Assembly: GCA_963695875.1 (NCBI GenBank)
Contig: CAVOID010000009.1
Location: 64,001 to 128,000 of the forward strand
Source: an uncultured delta proteobacterium
GTDB lineage: Bacteria; Desulfobacterota; Syntrophia; Syntrophales; UBA2185
Direction: 5' to 3'
Length of the DNA: 64,000 nucleotides
The notes under the pieces are model-generated. The model was not told the DNA's origin and searched no databases. It saw only the letters and a list, made by a program, of their open reading frames with translations. Of this stretch, positions 53,282-62,445 are shown one piece after another (position 1 is the stretch's first letter; each line of letters starts with the position of its first letter). The position numbers and the translations under genes were made by a program.

Positions 53282-53740
53282 ATGAGCAAGAAAGTCATAG
53301 ATTTATTAAACGCTGCGCGATCAAGAGAACTTACCGCTATCCTGCAGTATATGAACCAGCATTACGAATTGGAAGATAAAGACTTTGGCAAGCTCGCAAA
53401 AAAAATGAAAGAAATTGCCATCCAGGAAATGAAACATGCTGAAGCACTGGCTGAAAGGATTCTGTTTTTGAAAGGGACCCCCAATTACAAGCCCGATGCG
53501 GAAGTAGTGAAGGGGCAGGATATTACGGCCATGCTGGTTACAGATACGAAGCTGGAAAACTATGCCATCAAAATGTACAATGAGGCCTCCGCGATCTGTG
53601 CCGCCGAGAATGACCAGATCTCCAAAAATCTCTTTGAAAAACTTCTGGGTGAAGAGGAAGACCATCTCAACTTCTTTGAGAATACCGGAGAGCACGTGGA
53701 AAAACTTGGTGCGGCTTACGTGGCAACCTTGGCTGATTAA
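53282..53740 (+). CDS. bfr: Bacterioferritin
   Basis: ELTAILQY, EMKH (heme Met present), EEEDH di-iron ligands. Confidence 0.88.
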   Translation: MSKKVIDLLNAARSRELTAILQYMNQHYELEDKDFGKLAKKMKEIAIQEMKHAEALAERILFLKGTPNYKPDAEVVKGQDITAMLVTDTKLENYAIKMYNEASAICAAENDQISKNLFEKLLGEEEDHLNFFENTGEHVEKLGAAYVATLAD

Positions 53741-53783
53741 TCACGAAGTTCTATCAGTTGATATCCGAAATAATCTATCTACG

Positions 53784-53822
53784 GAGTATATTCTGTGGCT
53801 ATAAAAGCCACAGGGTATACTC
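53784..53822 (+). terminator. 17-bp hairpin after bfr, probable terminator
   Basis: GAGTATATTCTGTGGCT / AGCCACAGGGTATACTC, fully paired with two G-U pairs, followed by a T-rich run. Confidence 0.65.
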
Positions 53823-53912
53823 TTATATCTCTTCTTTGTCTGTACCAAGAAATGACAGAGAATCATTAAAATATAATGTAGAAGAGGAAACTCTTATCAA
53901 ACGGAGAAATTC

Positions 53913-55541
53913 ATGGAATTCAATGTCGTTATCGGCGGAGAGGCGGGACAGGGTGTTTTTTCTGTTGAACTGGAACTCACAGAAATCCTGTCAAAACTCA
54001 ATTATTATTTTTTCGCCACCAAGAACTACATGTCCAGGATCCGGGGCGGACACAACTTCCACATGGTCCGCATAGCCGAGCAGCCCGTCCATGCCCTGAG
54101 CGGCGGAAAGTGGGACATGGTCATCGCCCTCGACAATGAGACGGACAAGCGGCATAAACCGAACCTCCATGAAAAAGGCATCTATCTTTCCCGGGATCTG
54201 ACGAAAGAGGTTGAAAAAGAGGCCCGTGAAAAATTCAAGGACGTCAAAACCGCCAATTCGATACTGGTTGGTATTGTTCTTTCCGTCATCGGTGTAAGTC
54301 CCGAAAAAACGGCAGAGGCCGCCGAATCTGCAAACGCCCCATACCTGAAGAACGGCTTCGATCTCGCTTCCCGGTGGAAACTTGCAGGCGCCTTCCCTGT
54401 TTCACCCAGGGCGGGGGACCATTGTAAATTCGACGGAAATCAGGCTATCACCCTCGGTTCCCTCCTGGGCGGCTGTCAGTTCATGGCCGGTTACCCAATG
54501 ACGCCGGCTACTTCCATCATGCACTACTTCGCTGAGGCCGCCCAGGAGATGCCGGTACATTTTGAGCAGGCCGAGGATGAGATCTCGGCCATCAACATGG
54601 CCCTGGGTGCATCCTATGCTGGCGTCCGGTCGATGGCGGCCACCTCCGGCGGCGGTTTCGCGCTCATGCAGGAAGGGGTGTCACTGGCAGGCATGACGGA
54701 AACGCCTGTCGTCATCATCGTAGCCCAGCGGCCCGGCCCGGCCACAGGGCTTCCCACCCGGACAGAACAGGGGGATCTCAACTTTGTCCTCCATGCCGGC
54801 CACGGAGAATTCCCCCGGATTATTTTCGCCCCCGGCTCCATCGATGAAACCATCGCTCTCGCCCAAAAGAGCTTCGAACTGGCCGACCGTTATCAGATCC
54901 CTGTTTTTCTCATGACGGATCAGTATTTTGCCGACTCCGTCCATATTATCGAGGATGATATCACGACGGAAGCCCGGAGACGCGAATACAGCATCTTCGA
55001 CAATACCTACAAGAGGTACCGTCTGACGGAGAACGGGATTTCACCGTTAACTTTCCCCGGCCTTTCCGACGCGCTGGTCAAGCTAGATTCCGATGAGCAC
55101 GACGAAGAGGGGAAAATCACGGAGGACCTGAACCTGAGGATCAGGATGGTGGACAAACGCCTGAAGAAATTCGATCTCCTGCGGAAAGATGCCGTACCGC
55201 CCACATTATACGGTGACGCGAAAGCGGCGTCGATAATTCTGTGCTGGGGTTCCAACAAGCTCATTGTGCAAGAAGCCGTGGAAAGGCTTACAGGCGAGGG
55301 GATCAGGACCGGCGCTCTCCATTTCGGACAGGTTTACCCTCTGACGGCGGAAATGATCACACCCTACGGGCTGGAATCGAAGAAGCTTATTTGCGTGGAA
55401 AATAATGCGAGAGGCCAGTTCGCCGGTCTTTTGAAACGGGAATTGGGGCTTAACGTGGCTCATCCGGTGCTGAAATACGACGGTGAATGTTTCACCGTGG
55501 AAGAACTCTATCGGACATTGAAAGACTTAGTACAAAAATAG
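53913..55541 (+). CDS. korA: 2-oxoacid:ferredoxin oxidoreductase alpha subunit (gamma-alpha fusion)
   Basis: GGEAGQG, SRIRGGHN, YPMTPAT, QAEDE, TSGGG, QRPGPATGLPT. Confidence 0.92.
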   Translation: MEFNVVIGGEAGQGVFSVELELTEILSKLNYYFFATKNYMSRIRGGHNFHMVRIAEQPVHALSGGKWDMVIALDNETDKRHKPNLHEKGIYLSRDLTKEVEKEAREKFKDVKTANSILVGIVLSVIGVSPEKTAEAAESANAPYLKNGFDLASRWKLAGAFPVSPRAGDHCKFDGNQAITLGSLLGGCQFMAGYPMTPATSIMHYFAEAAQEMPVHFEQAEDEISAINMALGASYAGVRSMAATSGGGFALMQEGVSLAGMTETPVVIIVAQRPGPATGLPTRTEQGDLNFVLHAGHGEFPRIIFAPGSIDETIALAQKSFELADRYQIPVFLMTDQYFADSVHIIEDDITTEARRREYSIFDNTYKRYRLTENGISPLTFPGLSDALVKLDSDEHDEEGKITEDLNLRIRMVDKRLKKFDLLRKDAVPPTLYGDAKAASIILCWGSNKLIVQEAVERLTGEGIRTGALHFGQVYPLTAEMITPYGLESKKLICVENNARGQFAGLLKRELGLNVAHPVLKYDGECFTVEELYRTLKDLVQK

Positions 55542-55667
55542 AATCAGAGGGCTGTCCAAAGCTGGCGGGATGCTGGGGGTGGTCCTGTAGTCGTGAAAGT
55601 CCCTCTGAGATCGTCCGTTTGACTAAAGGGAGACTGAAAGGAATGCACTTCTCAGAGGAGTTGAAAC

Positions 55668-56494
55668 ATGATGGCAAGAACCGATACCGCCTGGTGTCCC
55701 GGCTGCGGCAATTTTCCCATCCGGGACGTTCTGGAAAAAGCCTTACAGGAACTCCCTGTTCCCAAGAAAGACATCGTCCTCACATCGGGTATCGGGCAGG
55801 CCGCCAAGATGCCCCATTACCTGGATGTGAATTTTTTCAACGGGCTCCACGGCCGCGTCCCTGCCGCTTGCCGTCGGGATCAAGCTGGCCAGGCCGGACC
55901 TCACTGTCATTACATACTCCGGTGACGGCTGCAACTACGGCGAAGGAGGAAATCATTTCATCCACACCATACGAAGGCGTTTGGATATCACGATATTGAC
56001 CTCCAATAACCAGGTCTACGGCCTGACCAAGGGGCAAAGCTCTCCCACGACTGACTTCTCCGTGAAGAATGACCTGGCCCCACAGGGAAATCAGAACATC
56101 CCCTTGAACCCTGTCGCCCTGGCCATCAGCCATGGGAGCCCCCTTCGTGGCCCGTGGTTTTGCCGGTGAAAGGGAGCACCTGAAGGAACTGATCAAGGAA
56201 GCCATCCTCTTCAAGGGGACAGCTCTCGTGGATATCCTTTCACCCTGTGTCACCTTCAACAAGATCGATACCTACCAGTGGTACAAAGAAAGGGCCTTCA
56301 AGCTGGAGCATCCGCTGACAGACCGTTATGAAGCACTGAGGATGGCCGATCTCTGGGGCGATAAGATCCCCATCGGAGTCATATACCGGGATGAAAAAAT
56401 GGCATTGCGGGAAGTGAAGAATATTTTCCGGGAGCAGTTAACGGAAGAGGATATTGCGTGCCAGCTCAAGATGAGATGTGTCATGATGAGATGA
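55668..56494 (+). CDS. korB: 2-oxoacid:ferredoxin oxidoreductase beta subunit (frameshifts near 55860 and 56130)
   Basis: [40 protein letters not shown]. Confidence 0.92.
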
Positions 56495-56576
56495 CAGCGT
56501 TTCCATCTACATATTCTATTTCGTCTGATCCGTTGGTTCAAATCCAATGCAAATCCGGTGTGATACCCTCCCTTAT

Positions 56577-56645
56577 GGTAGTTTTTACCTACCAATCAGC
56601 TTACAATTAATCACTGTTGTTTTAACCCCCTCCGTCACCTAGTGT
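56577..56645 (+). promoter_or_regulatory. Shared activator-type promoter, copy 2 (wrbA operon)
   Basis: Perfect GGTAG-N7-CTACC 56577-56593, TTGTTT 56617-56622, 17 bp, TAGTGT 56640-56645. Confidence 0.65.
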
Positions 56646-56741
56646 TTTAAATCAGTATACACGAATGAAGGTGTATGCCGTCAATATCAGAAATGATTTC
56701 AACACGGAAAAATATATCACGCAATCGAGGGGAGGCATACC

Positions 56742-57359
56742 ATGAAGGTTCTGATTGTATACTATTCCATGTACGGCCATATTCACCGGATGGCGGAAGC
56801 CGTGGCGGAAGGTGCAAAGGGGGTTAAAGGTGCTGATGTTTCCATGTATCGTGTCCCCGAGACGCTCACCGAAGAAGCTCTGAAAAAAATGGGCGCCCTC
56901 GAGGCCCAGAAAAGTTTTGCCCATGTCCCTGTCTGCAAGGTTGACGATCTCGCTTCGGCGGACGCGATAATCTTCGGCACACCGACGCGATTCGGCAATA
57001 TGTGCGGGCAGATGCGCCAGTTCCTCGACGCGACCGGAGGCCTGTGGGTCAAAGGCGCCCTTGTCGGAAAGGTAGGAAGCGTCTTCGCAAGCAGCGCAAC
57101 CCAGCACGGCGGCCAGGAATCCACGATTCTCACTTTCCACACCTTTTTACTGCATCAAGGCATGATCATTGCCGGCCTGCCCTATGCCTTTGAAGGACAA
57201 ATGCGCATCGACGAGATCACGGGCGGTTCCCCATACGGGGCATCCACGATTGCCGGGACCAAAGGCGACCGCATGCCCAGCGAAAACGAACTGAATGCAG
57301 CCCGGTTCCAGGGCAAATTCGTGGCGGAGATCGCGGCGAAACTTTCCCGTCAGGCGTAG
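56742..57359 (+). CDS. wrbA: NAD(P)H:quinone oxidoreductase WrbA
   Basis: [30 protein letters not shown]. Confidence 0.97.
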   Translation: MKVLIVYYSMYGHIHRMAEAVAEGAKGVKGADVSMYRVPETLTEEALKKMGALEAQKSFAHVPVCKVDDLASADAIIFGTPTRFGNMCGQMRQFLDATGGLWVKGALVGKVGSVFASSATQHGGQESTILTFHTFLLHQGMIIAGLPYAFEGQMRIDEITGGSPYGASTIAGTKGDRMPSENELNAARFQGKFVAEIAAKLSRQA

Positions 57360-57374
57360 AGGAATAAAGGAGGG

Positions 57375-57596
57375 ATGGAAATGGATCACTCCTCAGTAGA
57401 TGAGGCATGGCAAAGATTACAGGCCCGCATCGAGCAACTGCTTCATCCCATGTTCAGAATTATTCTGATCCTCGACGTCTTTGAGCATGCCTATTACATC
57501 GATTACAAAAATGACCGGGCTAAATTTGTCGATGCGTTCTGGAACATCATAAACTGGAGCAAAGCAGGCAAGAGGCTGGAAGAGTTATTGAGCTGA
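57375..57596 (+). pseudogene. C-terminal fragment of Fe/Mn superoxide dismutase behind an unrelated N-terminus
   Basis: [30 protein letters not shown]-terminal metal-ligand domain absent. Confidence 0.85.
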
Positions 57597-57632
57597 GTGG
57601 AGTATAACCATACCAATTTTCAGTTAGCAGCC

Positions 57633-59753
57633 ATGACAAAAAAAGGGCCCAATATAAAGTATAGTTTTGATCTCCGTGGGCAGGCGGAAAAAAGAATACC
57701 CAATTCAATGGAGAGCTTAGCGGATATGTCTGTTCTCGAAGTCCGGAAGATTGTTCACGAGCTGCATGTTCACCAGATAGAGTTGGAAATGCAGAATGAT
57801 GAATTGCGTAAGACGCAGATGGAGCTTACGGAATCACACCACAAGTATACCGACCTTTACGATTTCGCCCCCGTCGGGTATTTCACATTAGACAAAAAGG
57901 GTCATATCATCGAGACGAATGTGACGGGTGCCGCCTTACTCGGCTCAGAAAAGCGATCTCTCATCAGACAGCCTTTCCATCGTTTTATCATGCCCGGCCA
58001 TTTCAGTATCTTCCAGTCCCATCTCCAGATGACCATTGAGATTAAAAGCAAGCAGACCTGCAAACTGAAGCTCACCCGGAAGGACGGGAGTATGTTCGAT
58101 GCGCTGATCGATACCACAGCGGTGACGGATGGCGGCGGTAATTTTGATCACTACCGGTCTTCGGTAACCGACATCACGGATATCACTAAGGCAGAGGAGT
58201 CTCTGATAAGAGCCCATGCAGAGATGGAGGAACGGGTCAGGGAGCGTACTGCTCAACTCGATATGGCAAACAGAGAAGCACAGAGACATTCCCAATTATT
58301 GGATTTGGCAAATGACGCTATCCTGATTTGCGACCTGTACGGCAACATAACGTACTGGAATAAAGGTGCGGAAAAACTTTACGGATGGTCGAGAAATGAG
58401 GCGATAGGGCAAAATATTCTAAGCCTGTTGCAGACGGAACCCTTGCTGAAATCGAAAGACATACGTGAGAGATTTTTCCGCGATGGTTATTGGGAAGGAG
58501 AACGTTTACACACAAAGAAGGACGGCAGAAAAGTAACGGTGCACAGCCGCTGGACATTACAGCGCGATGACAAGAAGAAGCCTGTTGCTTTCTCGGAGAT
58601 CAACCGCGATATTACCGAACTCAAGCGAAAGGAAAAAGAGCTTCACGACACAGCCTTATACTCCCGCAGACTTATTGAGGCAAGCCTCGACCCCCTCGTC
58701 ACAATCAGTGCCAGGGGCAAGATTATGGATGTGAACAAAGCTGCGGAAGATGCTACGGGTATACCGAGAAAGAGGCTCATCGGAAGCGATTTCTCCGATT
58801 ATTTCACCGACCCGGAGAAAGCAAGAGCAGGGTACGAAATGGTATTTTCGCAGGGCTTCGTTAAAGACTACCCTCTGGCCATCCGCCATACATCAGGCCG
58901 GACGATGGAGGTCCTGTATAACGCAACGACCTATAAAAATGATGCAGGAGAGGTGGTGGGCGTTTTTGCAGCCGCCCGCGACATTACCGAACTCAGAACA
59001 GCGCAGAAAGCCTTACAGGAATCCCATGACGATTTGGAGCGCCGGGTTGCGGAACGGACAGCCAAACTTGAAGCTGTAAACAAGGAACTGGAAAGCTTCA
59101 GCTACTCTGTCTCCCACGACCTCCGCGCCCCCCTGCGTGCCATTGACGGCTACGCACGCATGATCCTCAAAAAACAAGGGGATAAATTCGATGAAGACAC
59201 ACTCTCTAAATTTAATGTAATAAGATCGAGTGCGCATATGATGGGCCAGCTTATCGACGATCTCCTGACCTTTTCCCGCCTTGGCAGGAAGGAGATTTCC
59301 ATGTCGAAGCTGGACATGCATGCTCTTATCAATGATGTATGGAAAGAACTGCGCATCATCAATCCGGACAGGAACATGTTCCTGACTCTTCAAGGCCTTC
59401 CTTCCGGATATGGAGACAGGTCACTCGTTAAACAGGTGTATTCCAACCTTCTGGGGAACGCCGTCAAATTTACCAAATACCGGGAGGCCGCATATATCGA
59501 AGCAGGTGGATACACAGATGGAAACGAGGGCGTCTATTACATTAAAGACAATGGTGTCGGCTTCGACATGACGTACTATGATAAGTTGTTCGGCGTGTTT
59601 CAGCGTCTTCACAGCACCGATGATTTTGAGGGCACAGGTGTCGGCCTGGCGACTGTCCAGCGCATCATACGCAGGCATGGCGGGCGCGTATGGGCGGAAG
59701 GCGGAACGGACAGGGGCGCGACCTTCTATTTTACACTACGCGGAAAGGAGTAA
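57633..59753 (+). CDS. Cytoplasmic multi-PAS sensor histidine kinase
   Basis: HELHVHQIELEMQN coil, three PAS/PAC units, SVSHDLRAPL H-box, NAVKF, DNGVG, GTGVGL. Confidence 0.95.
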   Translation: MTKKGPNIKYSFDLRGQAEKRIPNSMESLADMSVLEVRKIVHELHVHQIELEMQNDELRKTQMELTESHHKYTDLYDFAPVGYFTLDKKGHIIETNVTGAALLGSEKRSLIRQPFHRFIMPGHFSIFQSHLQMTIEIKSKQTCKLKLTRKDGSMFDALIDTTAVTDGGGNFDHYRSSVTDITDITKAEESLIRAHAEMEERVRERTAQLDMANREAQRHSQLLDLANDAILICDLYGNITYWNKGAEKLYGWSRNEAIGQNILSLLQTEPLLKSKDIRERFFRDGYWEGERLHTKKDGRKVTVHSRWTLQRDDKKKPVAFSEINRDITELKRKEKELHDTALYSRRLIEASLDPLVTISARGKIMDVNKAAEDATGIPRKRLIGSDFSDYFTDPEKARAGYEMVFSQGFVKDYPLAIRHTSGRTMEVLYNATTYKNDAGEVVGVFAAARDITELRTAQKALQESHDDLERRVAERTAKLEAVNKELESFSYSVSHDLRAPLRAIDGYARMILKKQGDKFDEDTLSKFNVIRSSAHMMGQLIDDLLTFSRLGRKEISMSKLDMHALINDVWKELRIINPDRNMFLTLQGLPSGYGDRSLVKQVYSNLLGNAVKFTKYREAAYIEAGGYTDGNEGVYYIKDNGVGFDMTYYDKLFGVFQRLHSTDDFEGTGVGLATVQRIIRRHGGRVWAEGGTDRGATFYFTLRGKE

Positions 59754-59762
59754 ATTGTTATT

Positions 59763-60206
59763 ATGGATGGAGTTGATATTCTCGTCATTGAAGATAATCG
59801 TCACGATGTTGAGATGATTCTCGAAACCATTAGTGAGCAAGATATCAGTGATACCGTTCATGTCATAAATGATGGTGCGGAAGCAATCGACTATTTTTTC
59901 GGCCCGCAAGGATGCGTCGAGGATGTTTCCTGTCATCTTCCCAAATTGATACTGCTCGATTTAAAACTTCCCAAAGTCAGCGGCCTTGAGGTTCTGAAAA
60001 GCATCAGATCCGATGAACGGACAAGGTATATCCCGACTGTCGTTTTTACTTCATCCAATGAAGCGCGGGACAGAATAGAAAGCTACCTGCTTGGGGCCAA
60101 CAGTTATATTGTAAAGCCCATGGATGCTGATAAATTTTCACGTTTTGTCGCGGAGATCGGATCATACTGGGTATTTATGAACAAATCAACCTACGACGGT
60201 GCATAG
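59763..60206 (+). CDS. Single-domain response regulator (Rcp1-like)
   Basis: IEDN, LLDLKLP, FTSS, GANSYIVKP. Confidence 0.94.
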   Translation: MDGVDILVIEDNRHDVEMILETISEQDISDTVHVINDGAEAIDYFFGPQGCVEDVSCHLPKLILLDLKLPKVSGLEVLKSIRSDERTRYIPTVVFTSSNEARDRIESYLLGANSYIVKPMDADKFSRFVAEIGSYWVFMNKSTYDGA

Positions 60207-60255
60207 ACTCGTACAATGAAGATTCAATTCCCGGGAGAGGATGGAGGCTAATACC

Positions 60256-61497
60256 ATGAGCAAGGAATTAAGAATATTGATTCTTGAGGATGTTCCTACG
60301 GATGCCGAATTGATGGAAGACGAACTTAAAGAGTCAGGCATGACCTTCATATCGAAGCGCGTCGCCGCAAGAACGGCTTTTATCAACGCGATTAATGGCT
60401 TTTGCCCGGACATTATCCTTTCAGATTATTCCCTGCCTTCATTTGACGGTCAGTCCGCATTAAAGATTGCCATGGAAAAATGCCCCGATACTCCCTTCAT
60501 TTTTGTTTCCGGGGCGTTGGGTGAAGAAATGGCGATTGAACTGCTCAAAAAGGGAGCAACCGATTATGTCTTGAAAAATAGGCTGTCACGCCTCGGGCCC
60601 GCCGTTTCCCGGGCACTGAACGAGGTCGAAGAACGGAACGAGCGAAAACGTTTTGAAGATGCACTGAAGGAATCGGAGGTAAGATACAGGACAATTTTTG
60701 AAAACACGGGAACGGCGACTATTATAATCGATGAAGATACAACGATCATTCTTGCCAACAGACAGTTTGAAAGACTGTCCGGTTTTTCAAGGTCTGAGAT
60801 TGAGGGCAAAAAAAACTGGACGGAATTTGTTATTAAAGATGATCTGGTAAAAGTAAACGACCTCAAGCAGCCATGGAGGAAGCATTTCAAACTGCCGTCG
60901 GACGGCTATGAATTCAGTCTTACCGGCAGGCAGGGGAACATACGAAATGTTCTGGCGAATATTGCGCTGATGCCGTCAACGAAGAGAACCGTCATGTCCC
61001 TTCTGGACATCACAGAACGGAAAGCGGCCGAGGAAGCCCTGAAAAAAAGGGAACAGGAACTTGAGTTAAAATCACAAAGTCTTCAGGAGGCCAATACGGC
61101 ATTAAAGGTCCTGCTGAAACATAGGGAAGAAGATAAGACCACTCTGGAAGAGCAAGTGCTGGCCAATGTTAAGAAGCTAGTTCTGCCCTACCTGGAAAAA
61201 TTAAAGAATCTTAAGTTAGATAAAAACCAGCTGGTCCATGTGGAGATCATAGAGGCGCATCTGAACGACATTATTTCACCATTTTTGCGCAATCTGACCT
61301 CGGCATACCTCAACCTGACACCCAGGGAAATTGAAGTAGCCAGCCTGGTCAAGGAAGGTAAGACGACAAAAGAAATAACCGAGCTGCTTAACATATCGGC
61401 AACAGCGGTGGACTTCCACAGAAAAAACCTTCGTTCAAAATTTGGCATAAAGAGCAAAAAAACAAATCTCAGGTCATATCTAACGTCCGTCTCTTGA
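60256..61497 (+). CDS. REC-PAS-LuxR response regulator
   Basis: LILED, SDYSLP receiver; PAS; C-terminal LTPREIEVASLVKEGKTTKEI...VDFHRKNLR HTH; GGAGG before ATG 60256. Confidence 0.94.
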   Translation: MSKELRILILEDVPTDAELMEDELKESGMTFISKRVAARTAFINAINGFCPDIILSDYSLPSFDGQSALKIAMEKCPDTPFIFVSGALGEEMAIELLKKGATDYVLKNRLSRLGPAVSRALNEVEERNERKRFEDALKESEVRYRTIFENTGTATIIIDEDTTIILANRQFERLSGFSRSEIEGKKNWTEFVIKDDLVKVNDLKQPWRKHFKLPSDGYEFSLTGRQGNIRNVLANIALMPSTKRTVMSLLDITERKAAEEALKKREQELELKSQSLQEANTALKVLLKHREEDKTTLEEQVLANVKKLVLPYLEKLKNLKLDKNQLVHVEIIEAHLNDIISPFLRNLTSAYLNLTPREIEVASLVKEGKTTKEITELLNISATAVDFHRKNLRSKFGIKSKKTNLRSYLTSVS

Positions 61498-61499
61498 TA

Positions 61500-61567
61500 G
61501 GAGATTATACCTACCATTGAGCTGTCATTTTATCCTCATTGCTCCGCCCCAATGAGCACACTAGTAT
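61500..61567 (+). promoter_or_regulatory. Shared activator-type promoter, copy 3 (second pal)
   Basis: GGAG-N7-CTACC 61500-61515, TTGCTC 61539-61544, 17 bp, TAGTAT 61562-61567; 45/59 ungapped identity to copy 1. Confidence 0.7.
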
Positions 61568-61767
61568 TCTAATTGGATAAATGAAATACATTACATATTA
61601 TGGCAGTATGCATTCAATCGCACACCATTCCGCTCAGCAGAAGGGGGATATTAGTGTGATTGATTGTTATTTTCAAAAATCTTAATCGACAAACGGGGAT
61701 TATGTTGCTTTAAGCATAGCGCTGGTGACTCCACCGAATAAGAAATGAAGGAAGAAAGGAGAGAAAA

Positions 61768-62385
61768 ATGAGAAGACAGAAATTTTTTATGACATTAGTT
61801 TTGGCAGCCATTCTTCTTGTATTTATTCTGCCCATAGGATGTGCAAAAAAAGCTGTCACGAAAGAGGAGGCCGTGGAAAAACAGGCGCCCGCACAACCTA
61901 CGGAAACAGCCAAGGAAAAGGAGCTGGAGGACGCTTTGGCTAAGGAGAAGGCAAAAGAAAGAGCTGCGGAAGAACAGTTGGCGAGGGAGCAGGCCGGTGA
62001 AGAGGCGGCTGCTGTGGAGGCGGCTGCTAATGCGGCAAGAGAAGCATCACAGTTTGAAGACATCCATTTTGCCTTTGACCGTTTTGACCTGAGGCCCGAT
62101 GCAAGAGAGATCTTAGATATGCACGCAAAGTGGCTTAAGGCACATCCCGAATATGTTGTGCGTATAGAGGGAAATTGTGATGACCGGGGTACGGTAGAAT
62201 ACAACCTCGCCCTTGGTGATAGACGGGCGAAGACTGCCATGACATACTTGGTCGATCTCGGCATTAATAAAGCAAGAATTAGCACGATAAGCTACGGGAA
62301 GGAGCAACCTCTTGATCCGGAGCATAATGAAGAGGCCTGGGCAAAGAATAGAAGAGATCATTTCGTCGTGACAAAGAAAAAATGA
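61768..62385 (+). CDS. pal: Second peptidoglycan-associated lipoprotein Pal
   Basis: Lipobox PIGC, IEGNCDDRGTVEYNLALGDRRA, ISYGKE, AWAKNRR. Confidence 0.93.
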   Translation: MRRQKFFMTLVLAAILLVFILPIGCAKKAVTKEEAVEKQAPAQPTETAKEKELEDALAKEKAKERAAEEQLAREQAGEEAAAVEAAANAAREASQFEDIHFAFDRFDLRPDAREILDMHAKWLKAHPEYVVRIEGNCDDRGTVEYNLALGDRRAKTAMTYLVDLGINKARISTISYGKEQPLDPEHNEEAWAKNRRDHFVVTKKK

Positions 62386-62398
62386 AAATCTCCCTTTT

Positions 62399-62441
62399 CG
62401 CCCTTCACTTCTTCCCATACTATTGTAAGGTGTGAAGGGCG
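62399..62441. terminator. Inverted repeat between convergent pal and NUDIX genes
   Basis: CGCCCTTCAC 62399-62408 / GTGAAGGGCG 62432-62441. Confidence 0.5.
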
Positions 62442-62445
62442 GAAT

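Noticed and set aside
55542..55667. TPP or glycine riboswitch between korA and korB
   Set aside because: Has CTGAGA and GGAGA...CTCAG fragments but lacks the remaining conserved cores of either class
7746..56494. Programmed frameshifting or mass pseudogenisation of split genes
   Set aside because: No shared slippery motif, essential genes are affected and flanking sequence is not decayed; sequencing error is simpler
57594..57599. Selenocysteine read-through from the SOD fragment into the in-frame kinase ORF
   Set aside because: TGA is at the natural SOD C-terminus, not a Cys-equivalent position, and no SECIS-like hairpin is evident; other premature TGAs in the window are explained by frameshifts
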